Of a stretch of 64,000 nt of DNA, positions 53,739-64,000 are shown piece after piece. The position numbers were made by a program, and so were the translations under genes. The notes under the pieces are model-generated. The model was not told where the DNA came from and did not search any database. It saw nothing but the letters and a program-made list of their open reading frames with translations. Position 1 is the stretch's first letter. Every line of letters starts with the position of its first letter. Source of the stretch: Eledone cirrhosa (lineage: Eukaryota); assembly GCA_964016885.1 (NCBI GenBank), contig OZ024743.1, forward strand, positions 49,414,001 through 49,478,000, read 5' to 3'.

Positions 53739-53886
53739 TGAAATATATCAAAATATAACTTCAATCTTATCAAATCCAGGAAAACCCTCCCCCCATATAT
53801 ATATATATATATATAAAATTATATTAAGTGTTTCCGTAGGAAAGATAAAGGAAAGGAGAGTGCTCTATGTAGGCCACAGAACTATT

Positions 53887-54037
53887 TAGTTATGTAATAA
53901 ACAACATAGACAGACGAGCTTGACACAGACGTCTGAAATCGTTCGTCAGAATGAAAGTTTCAGACATTTGTATCAAGCTCGTCTGTCTTTGTGAAACCTT
54001 TAGTAAATGGAATAATTGTCTTATGTTGTTTATTACA

Positions 54038-54043
<6 letters not shown>
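53887..54043. repeat. Nested inverted repeat
   Basis: 53908-53938 pairs with 53958-53988 (3 mismatches) and 53887-53908 pairs with 54022-54043. Confidence 0.92.
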
Positions 54044-54072
<29 letters not shown>

Positions 54073-54115
54073 ATGCTTTGCTAAACAAATTCAGAAACGA
54101 AATATATATATATAT

Positions 54116-54390
54116 ATCATCATCATCATCATCATCACCGTTTTACGTCCGTTCTTCCACGCTAGCATGGGTTAGACGGGTTGTCCTGTTGTGGGCAGTG
54201 TCTGGTCGGCTGACCATGCCTTGCTCATACAGGAACTGATCTGGCTTGATTTCTACAGCTGGATGCCCTTCCTAACACCAACCTCATTTACAGTGAGTGC
54301 TGGGTGCTTTTTCGTGGCGCCTACACGTCCACTTTACAGTGTGGGCTGGGTGCTTTTTTGCCGTGGCACCTCCACGACCACCTTGCGGTG
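54116..54390 (-). mobile_element. GAT-tailed SINE
   Basis: (atc)n...gctagcatgggttagacgg...ctacagctggatgcccttcctaacaccaacc. Confidence 0.85.
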
Positions 54391-54495
54391 GGGGGGGGGG
54401 GGCATATTGTTTATATGCTTCAGCATGTACCCATGGGAGGTCGGGTACCCTGTATTACTGCGTGACGCCAGAAGTCACGGTCGTGACATATATAT

Positions 54496-55796
54496 ATGAA
54501 AGTTACAGAAAGAGTCATCGCTCAACTGATTAGAAATCATATACACCTAGATGAGATGTAGTTTGGATTTGTGCCGGGAAAAAGCATCACTGAGGTCCTC
54601 TTCTTTGTGAAGCAAAGGCAGAAGTACTTGGCTAAAAGCAAACCACTCTACTCAGCATTTTTGGACCTAGAGAAAGCTTTTGACAGAGTCCCTCGATCCA
54701 TAATCTGGTGGCCCCTCAGAAAACAAGGGGTAAATGAGTGGCTCACGAGAGCAGTACAAACCATGTACAGGGGAGTGGTGGTCACCAGCAAAGTTAAAAT
54801 CAACAATGAGTATAGTAAGGAATTTAGTGTACAAGTGGGGGTTCACCAGGGTTCTGTCTTTAGCTTCCTCCTCTTCATTATTGTCCTACAGGCTATAATA
54901 GGGGAATTTAAGACTGATGACCTGATTTTCATAACTATGACAGAATTAGAGAAGAAATTTCAGTCACGGAGGCATGGCTTGGAAATAAAAGGTCTTAAAG
55001 TGAACCTGGGAAAGACCAAAAATCCTAATGAGCAGAAGAGAAAACAGGGCTCTGATCTCCTCGGGGAAATGACTCTGCTCTGTATGTATGAAAGGAGTAG
55101 ATAGAAACTCAATCCAGTGTTCCAAATGCAACCTGGTGTATTGGGAAATCAGGCAGGCTAGCAAAAAACACAGACTTCATATATAGATGTTGCACAGGGG
55201 CATTAAGAAAAGACCCCCAGGAAACAAGCTCTTTTAAATGCATTGAGGACCCCATAGAAATAGTCGACAGTGTCTGCTACCTCGGTAACCAAATCAGCAG
55301 TGGAGGTAGGTGTGCAGAAGGTACAGTTGCCAGAGTAAGAACGGGATGGAAGAAACTTAGGGAGTTGCTGACATTGCTAGCTACGAAATGTCTCTCACTC
55401 AAAGCAAAAAGTAAGCTGTACGATGCCTGTGTGTGCACGGCAATGCTATTTGGAAGCTAAATATGGGTACTGCATGCCAAGGATCTACGGAGATTGGAAA
55501 GAAATAAAGCCGGCATGTTCCGATGAATGTATAACAGTAGTGTGCGTGAACTGTAAAACGTAAATGAATTGAGAGCAAAATTAGGCACAAGAGGAATCAA
55601 ATGCTGTGTGCAGGAGAGAAGACTGCAGTGGTATGGACATGTGATGTGCATGAATGATGACAGCTGTATAAAATGGTACATGGCACTCGAGGTTGTTGGA
55701 TTCCCTGAAAGAGGAAGACCCAGGAAGACATGGGTTGTAATGATAAAGGCTAACCTAGCTCAGCTGAACCTCTTAACGGAGATGACGAAGGAATGA
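54496..55796 (+). mobile_element. 5'-truncated, decayed RTE-clade LINE (second family)
   Basis: FGFVPGKS, AFLDLEKAFDRVP, VGVHQGSV, GLKVNLGKTK, RRLQWYGHV and GRPRKTW, with many frameshifts. Confidence 0.93.
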
Positions 55797-55849
55797 CTTC
55801 AGGTGCTAGAACTGACCTGACAGCCCACAACAGGACCACCCAGTAACAC

Positions 55850-56488
55850 AGCACAGTCCGGAGGTGTGACCACCTGGCCAGACATGTCTCATAATAGGAT
55901 CACCCAGTAACATGGCCCCTCTATGAGCAAGGCATGGCCAACTGGCCCGACCCTCCTCATGATGGTGCCACCTAGTGCCATACTGTAAATGTGGTTGGTG
56001 TTAGGTAGGACATCCAGCAGTCGTAAAGACCCAGCCAACACAAAGTCCCATTTTATGTAAGGTACAGTGTGACCCTCTGGCCGGACCTGTCTCATAACAA
56101 GACCACCCAGTTTTGCACTGTAAATGTGGTTGATAGTAAGAAGGGCATCCAGCATCCATAAAACCCAGCCCAAACATGGCCCCATTGTGAATAACGCTTG
56201 GCATAGTCAACTGGCTTCACCTCCCTCATAATGGGACCAACTAGCACCCAAATTATGGTTCAGATGTGAGCAGGGTACAGTGCGGCTAACTGGCCAGAAC
56301 CTCATCATACTGGTGCCATCCAGTCCCACACTGTGGTTGGTGTTAGGAAGGGCATCCAGCTGTAAAAATCCCAGCCAAAATACAGCTCCCTCTGAGCCAG
56401 ATACGGCACAGCCAGCTGACTTGTTTCATAACGTGGCTGACCTGTCTAACCCATCATAAAATAGATGCTAAACAGTGATGATGATGAT
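55850..56488 (+). mobile_element. SINE-like region with a triplicated core and GAT tail
   Basis: tggttggtgttaggaagggcatccagc-like core at about 55990, 56125 and 56335, ending in tctaacccatc...gatgatgatgat. Confidence 0.7.
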
Positions 56489-56518
56489 ATATACTGTGTG
56501 TTTAACATGCCATTATAA

Positions 56519-56630
56519 TTGTTTCTACTTTTGGCACAAGGCCAGCAATTATCCCAGTGTATTACTAGTACTTTATTTTATCGACCCCGTAAGGATGAAA
56601 GGCAAAGTTAACCTCGGCGGGATTTGATAC
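56519..56630 (-). mobile_element. Short copy of the tRNA-derived SINE
   Basis: Family core, flanked by tgccattataat at 56508 and 56631. Confidence 0.85.
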
Positions 56631-57187
56631 TGCCATTATAATGATATACCATGTGTTCTGTTGATATAAAATATATATTATGTAGAGTGGGATGTAACCC
56701 TAAAGCTTGTTGTTACAAAGCAAACTTGTTAATCACACACTCATGTGCCTCGTTTGATAATAATATTAATCACTTTTGAAAATGTTATTTAGATTTGTTA
56801 ATAGTGAAACTGGTTGTCCCTGTTGGATAACCATTATTTCTACACAGTGGACAGGAGTCTTTGTTATATTCTCAACCTTATCAGTTCTCAGCAGCTTCAG
56901 TTCAGTTTACTAATTTCATCATTACTGTTCTTTACAATTTCCAGCCATTTTACAACTATGATTCTTGGAATGATGTCTCCCAACTAGGTCTCTTGAAACT
57001 ACAATGGAATCTATATAATTTCCACACATAGTCTTTGAAAATACAAAACTTAAAGCCATTTGATTACAAATCACATCAAATTACCATTGTTTCTATGATA
57101 CAAAACTGTTTACTTTGAAGTGTTTATCTAAAAGTCTTGCACCACCGTTAATATGTAATAACTTTCGTGTTTCAAACACCAGTATAA

Positions 57188-57358
57188 TAATTGTTTCTAC
57201 TTTTGGCACAAGGCCAGCAATTGCCCAGTACATTACTGGTACTTTATTTTATCGACCCCGTAAGGATGAAAGGCAAATTTAACCTTGGCAGGATTTGAAC
57301 TCAGAATGGAAAGGGTCGTAACTCTATGCATCAAAGCATGACGTCCGACTCTCTACTA
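57188..57358 (-). mobile_element. tRNA-derived SINE
   Basis: Matches 61843-62031 in reverse. Confidence 0.88.
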
Positions 57359-57489
57359 ATGAAAATATTAGTTATATTACTAAAATCACAGGTAACATCT
57401 TTCAATACAAATATGGTATTGATGAGGTAAAAGTTTGTTGATTTCATTACATACACGCACACAGACACACACACACAGACACACACACA

Positions 57490-57586
<97 letters not shown>

Positions 57587-58337
57587 TCACACATTTCTAC
57601 ATATATGGTTATCTCCAAGGCCCCAGAAAGTTTATATACGCACATCCTAGACATGTGGTTATATCCAAACTTTCAGAAAATCCTCATCAAGTATTGATTG
57701 TCATCTGGAGTCTTTATCTCCAAATTGTCGCTGAAATAATGTTATTTCTGTCAATACTCATTTACTTTCTGTTCTCATGTCTTTCTTCTTCTTCTTCTTT
57801 TTCTTCTTTTTCTTTTTCCTTTTCTTTTTCTTTTTCTTTTTCTTTTTCTTATTTTTCTTATTTTTCTTCTTCTTCCCCCCCCCCCCCCCCCAACTCACTC
57901 CTATCTATGTCAGGTGACCAGTTCCAACATATCAATCAATCAATCTATTGCTATGGTTGTTGTGTCAGTCATGTGACTGTGTCTAGGACAAGACAGTGGA
58001 GTTGTCAAAAGACTTTAGTGTCTGTCTCTCATCAAATGGAACATCGTTTAATGTAACAATAATGAAGAGGTTAATGGTTATTGCCATAGTTGTTCAGCCC
58101 ATCTACTTTCTTCCCTAGTAATGCTATAGTATTGTCAGTTTTATATACATAGGTTGTCCACAAATGATGACATAAAGCTACGACTATTACAGTCCATTGT
58201 TTGGTCATATAGTGTTACAAGTTTGTGGAGTGTGATATATACTAAGATCTGACTAATATTACTGGAAGATGATATTAAAAGACACAGGTATGTTTACATG
58301 GGACCGAAACATACCTGTGTATCAAATCTTCTGATCA

Positions 58338-61300
58338 ACATACCACCACTGCCGTCTCCACCACCACTGCTGCCACCACCACTACTACTACCACTAGTAC
58401 CACCACCACCAATACCAACACCACCACTACCAACACCACTACTACCACCACTACCACCACCACCAATACCAACACTACTACCACCACCACCACCACCACT
58501 ACTACCACCACCAATACCAACACCACTACTACCACCACCAACACCACCACCACCACCAATACCAACACTACTGCCACCACCAATACCAACACTACTACCA
58601 CCACTGCCACCACCACCACCAATACCAACACTAGTACCACCACTACTGCCACCACCACCACCAATACCAACACTACTACCACCACTACTGCCACCACCAC
58701 CACCAATACCAACACTACTACTGCCACCACCACCACCACTACTGCCACCACCACCACCACCACTACTGCCACCACCACCACCACCACTAATACCAACACT
58801 ACTACCAACACTACTACCACCACCACCAATACCAACACTACTACCACCACTACTACCACCACCACCACCAATACCAACACTACTACTGCCACCACCACCA
58901 CCACCACCACCAATACCACCACCACCACCACCACCACCAATACCAACACTACTACAACCACTACTGCCACCACCACCAATACCAACACTACTACCACCAC
59001 CACCAATACCAACACTACTACCACCACCACCACCACCACCACCACCAATACCAACACTACTACCACTACTACTGCCACCACCACCAATACCACCACTACT
59101 ACCACCACCAATACCAACACTACTACCACCACTACTGCCACCACCACCAATACCAACACTACTACGACCACTACTGCCACCACGACCAATACCAACACTA
59201 CTACCACCAATACCAACACTACTACCACCACCACCACCACTACCACCAATACCAACACTACTACCACCACTACTGCCACCACCACCAATACCAACACTAC
59301 TACGACCACTACTGCCACCACCACCAATACCAACACTACTACCACCACCACCAATACCAACACTACTACCACCACCACTGCCACCACCACCACCAATACC
59401 AACACTACTACCACCACTACTCCCACCACCTATACCAACACTACCACCACTGCCACCACCACCACCAATACCAACACTACTACCACCACCACCAATACCA
59501 ACACTACTACCACCACCACTGCCACAACCACCAATACCAACACTACTACCACCACCACCAATACCAACACTACTACCACCACCACTGCCACAACCACCAA
59601 TACCAACACTACTACCACCACCACCAATAACACCACTACTGCCACCACCACCACCACCACCACCAATACCAACACTACTACCACCACCACCAATACCAAC
59701 ACTACTGCCACCACCACCAATACCACCACTACTACCACCACCACCACCAATACCAACACTACTACAACCACTACTGCCACCACCACCAATACCAACATTA
59801 CTACCACCACTACTACCACCACCAATACCAACACTACTACCACCACTACTTCCACCACCACTACTACCACCACCAATACCAACACTACTACCACCACTAC
59901 TTCCACCACCACCAATACCAACACTACCACGACCACTACTGCCACCACCACCAATACCAACACTACTACCACCACCACCAATACCAACACTACTACCACC
60001 ACCACTGCCACCACCACCAATACCAACACTACTACCACCACCACCAATACCAACACTACTACCACCACCACTGCCACAACCACCAATACCAACACTACTA
60101 CCACCACTACTACCACCACCACCAATAACACCACTACTGCCACCACCACCACCACCAATACCAACACTACTACCACCACCACCAATACCAACACTACTAC
60201 CACCACCACCAATACCACCACTACTACCACCACCACCACCAATACCAACACTACTACAACCACTACTGCCACCACCACCAATACCAACATTACTACCACC
60301 ACTACTACCACCACCAATACCAACACTACCACCACCACTACTTCCACCACCACCAATACCAACACTACTACCACCACTACTGCCACCACCACCAATACCA
60401 ACACTACTACGACCACTACTGCCACCACCACCAATACCAACACTACTACCACCACCACCACTACCAACACTACTACCACCACCACTGCCACCACCACCAC
60501 CAATACCAACACTACTACCACCACTACTCCCACCACCTATACCAACACTACCACCACTGCCACCACCACCACCAATACCAACACTACTACCACCACCACC
60601 AATACCAACACTACTACCACCACCACTGCCACAACCACCAATACCAACACTACTGCTACCACTACTCCCACCACTACCAACACTACCACCACCACCACCA
60701 CCACCTATACCAACACTACTACCACCACTGCTGCCACCACCACTGCCACCACCACCACCAATACCAACACTACTACCACCACTACTGCCACCACCACCAC
60801 CACCAATACCAACACTACTACCACCACCACTGCCACCACCACCAATACCAACACTACTACCACCACTACTGCCACCACCACCAATACCACCACTACTACC
60901 ACCACTACTGCCACCACCACCAGTGTTGGTGGTGGTGGTAGTTTTGGTGGTGTTGGTGGTGGTAGTAGTGGTAGTAGTGGTGGTGGTGTTGGTGGTGGTG
61001 GTGGGGGGTGGGTGGTGGTGGTGGTGTTGGCGATAGTAGTGGTAGTGTTGGCGGTGGTGTTGGTGGTAGTGGTGGTGTTGGTGGTGGTGGCAGTGGTGGT
61101 GGTGGTGGTGGCAGTGGTGGTGGTAGTAGTGTTGGTATTGGTGGTGGTGTTGGTAGTTTTGGTGGTAGTAGTTGTGGTGTTGGTAGTTGTGGTGTTGGTA
61201 GTGTTGGTGGTGGTGGTGTTGGTGGTAGTAGTAGTGGTGGTGTTGGAGGTAGTAGTAGTGGTGTTGGTAGTGTTGGTAGTGGTGGTGGTGGTGATTGTTG

Positions 61301-61377
61301 TGGTGTTGGTGGTAGTAGTGGTGGTGATGGTGGTGGTGTTGGTGGTGGTGATGGTGGTATTGGTAGTGGTGGTGGTA
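58338..61377. repeat. (CCA)-rich tract (58338-60922) switching abruptly to a (TGG)-rich tract (60927-61377)
   Basis: Recurrent ccaccaataccaacactacta sub-unit, with the strand switch at ccaccaccacca-gtgt-tggtggtggtgg. Confidence 0.97.
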
Positions 61378-61842
61378 TATACACAACATATACATGATAC
61401 TATACATAATTTTAGTTTTATACACATACCAACAGTTATACATATACACACTGCAACACATATAACATGACAATACATTCTTTTAGTTATATACTCCAAT
61501 ATATACATTGTCACCAACTATATAACATAAAGGGGTTGGTGACCATAACATAAAGAAAAGGGGCTGGTGACCTGATTATCAGGTGTTTTTCCTGGCTAAT
61601 ATACACCTTTAACTACATGGCCCTTGTGTGTCTTTACTGGAGTTTGTTGTAAACATTTAGACCAGGTCTTTGGTTTGAAGATACCCCCCCCCCCTCCCAT
61701 CAGTCTCAGAGATACTGAAAAGGGTTATGGGCACTGCTCTTTCCTCTCTGATTAAACAATAAAAGCAAAAAGAACTATGATCTGAGACATTCCAGCTGTG
61801 ACCATCCTCTCTTTCTATGTACAGAGAACCCAATATCACATT

Positions 61843-62031
61843 ATGGTGGATTGGCAGTATCGGTAGAGGGTCGGACACCATTTTTTGATGCATAGTTACG
61901 GCCCTTGCCATTCTGAGTTCAAATTCCGCCGAGGTTAACTTTGCCTTTCATCCTTACAGGGTCGATAAAATAAAGTACCAGTAATGCACTGAGTAATTGC
62001 TGGCTTTGTGCCAAAAGTAGAAACAATTATT
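61843..62031 (+). mobile_element. Full-length tRNA-derived SINE (octopus-type)
   Basis: A-box-like tggcagtatcgg, B box gagttcaaattcc, core gaggttaactttgcctttcatccttacagggtcgataaaataaagtaccag, and multiple copies in the window. Confidence 0.9.
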
Positions 62032-63469
62032 CTATGTATCCTTTTCTAAGATGGTAAGGGTGGGATTTGTAGGAGGTTTGGCTGCATTATCTAACAGATT
62101 GGATGACCAATGCACAAAGATATCCCCTCATTGGCTTCACTATTGTTTGGTATTGGCATTAATTGCCTTTATTAAAGACATCTCTACAATATAAATCGTT
62201 AGCTAAGTGACCATTTCCAGCTAATTACAGAAAATGTTTGACAAGTGTAGTTGGGAGATAAGTCCTTCCCTAAAGTTTATTGTTGTTGTTGCTATTATTG
62301 TGGTGGAAAAAGTAAAGTGATAGTTAAGCGGCTTATCTTCTCAGGCCAGTCTTCATTCTAGTTGATCTGCTTGTCTTAATTGGCTCATCTCTTAATTGTT
62401 ATAATTAGGTCTAAGTGTACATTTAGCAGTAAATTGATTGAACTGGTGAATTAGCAAAGTTGTTAGAGTGTTGGAAAGAATAGTTTGTGGCATCTGTTTC
62501 AATTCTCAGTTCTCTGGATTCCTGCTGAAGTCAGTTTTGTATTTCGTTCTTTTAGTGTCTCTATATAAAACAACCAGCGGCTGATAAATCGGTGTAATTG
62601 TTAAAGCTTTGAATTGAATACCTTGTGGTATCTTTTCTGGTTCTATATGTATCTAGGGTGGGTAAAATTCCCGAGATGATCTTTTCAGTGGCTGATAATA
62701 CCTTACCGGCGCCACTCGAATAAGGTAATTATTTAACCCATAAATGGGGCCCTAACAGGTACTACTGCTCTGAGCCAGAGCAGACCTGGGAGTTATGACA
62801 ACTAAGGGGTAACTCCACATTCCCCACAGCTCCTGAACTCTCGAACTGGAGCCTTGCTATTGGATGCAGTTTAATGTCATACCAAGGACAGGCTCTATAT
62901 GTTTTTAGTTCAAATCCCACCTCCTGTCACTAGAGAAGGTTGAACAGTGACATTTCTGCCTGGAATTGTGACCAACAAATATAGTATGAGCAATGAGAAA
63001 GATTAATGGAAACATTGTTTTCTTGGTTTGATTTGGAGAATCTTCTGATCAATTACCATCATCTTTACAATCGGATGTTAAATGAGGATGAAATGTGTGT
63101 TCCTGTGTGAGTGTATGTACTTTGACAGTGACATTTGTTTATGTACCACACAAACAGTACTCTCTCTAGCTCAACATTTCAATATGCAAAGATTAGTACT
63201 TTACTTGAAAAAACAAAAGACACAAACAAACAAAGCAAAACAAAAAAATAAACAATTAAGGGTTAGAGTCAGGAAGGACATCTGGCCATAGAACACTGCT
63301 CCTAAAATGTTTCACCCAACCGATGCTGGAAATGGAAAAGTGGGTGTAATGATGTCAAGCAGGGAATTTATTAAGCTATATCACTAACATTGTATCTTGT
63401 ACATATTTTAGCAGGGTGTAACTCTACTGAAATATAACTGTGTTATAGAAAGGTGTAAGCTGATAACAA

Positions 63470-64000
63470 TGTGTAGCTGTACTAGTTGTGTACCAGTATA
63501 CCACTGTATGGTAGTAAACTGTAGCTGTAGTAATATGTTTATATCTATATACCACAGTATGATAGTAACTATAGCTGTACTAGTATGTTTATATCTATAT
63601 ACCACAGTATGATAGTAACTATAGCTGTACTAGTATGTTTATATCTATATACCACAGTATGATAGTAACTATAGCTGTATTAGTATGTTTATATCTATAT
63701 ACCACAGTGTGATAGTAAACTGTACCTGTATTAGTATGTTTATATCTATATACCACTGTGTGATAGTAAACTGTAGCTGTACTAGTATGTTTATATCTAT
63801 ATACCACTGTTTGATAGTAAAGTATAGCTGTATTAGTATGTTTATATCTATATACCACTGTGTGATAGTAAAGTATAGCTGTACTAGTATGTTTATATCT
63901 ATATACCACAGTATGATAGTAACTATAGCTGTACTAGTATGTTTATATCTATATACCACAGTATGATAGTAACTATAGCTGTACTAGTATGTTTATATCT
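63470..64000. repeat. 50/51-bp minisatellite, truncated by the window end
   Basis: Unit tagctgtactagtatgtttatatctatataccacagtatgatagtaacta. Confidence 0.97.

Noticed and set aside
58294-61473. 1059-aa Gly/His-rich ORF resembling cephalopod structural proteins, and the 912-aa Pro-rich ORF opposite it
   Set aside because: Codons are almost all single-base variants of one triplet, both strands are open, there is no signal peptide, and the composition flips at the inversion point.
61843-61930. tRNA-like A and B boxes
   Set aside because: These are the heads of multi-copy SINEs, with no intact cloverleaf.

Overview
This is eukaryotic, AT-rich and very repeat-dense DNA, most consistent with an octopod cephalopod. 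That assignment is inferred from my recall of octopus SINE families and is not verified. No prokaryotic genes, operons, CRISPR arrays, rRNA or true tRNA genes are present, and almost every long ORF in the track is an artefact of tandem or triplet repeats. The window holds large minisatellite arrays (63, 48, 40, 18, 45, 46 and 50 bp units) and long (CCA)/(AGT)/(TTC) low-complexity tracts. Its transposable elements are a decayed mariner, two decayed RTE LINEs (one ending in three C2H2 zinc fingers), L1/Tx1 and CR1-type 3' ends, a putative non-autonomous Helitron, TTAA (piggyBac-type) MITEs and many SINEs. Host-gene evidence is sparse. There is a CpG/ETS promoter-like patch followed by a probable first coding exon (27821-27990), a possible further exon (40543-40728), and a possible terminal exon (6731-6805). 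The most interesting signals concern splicing and RNA structure: a textbook recursive splice site with a stop-laden cryptic exon at 44331, a satellite built from a 3' splice-site junction, a satellite full of 5' splice-site motifs, and several fold-back structures.
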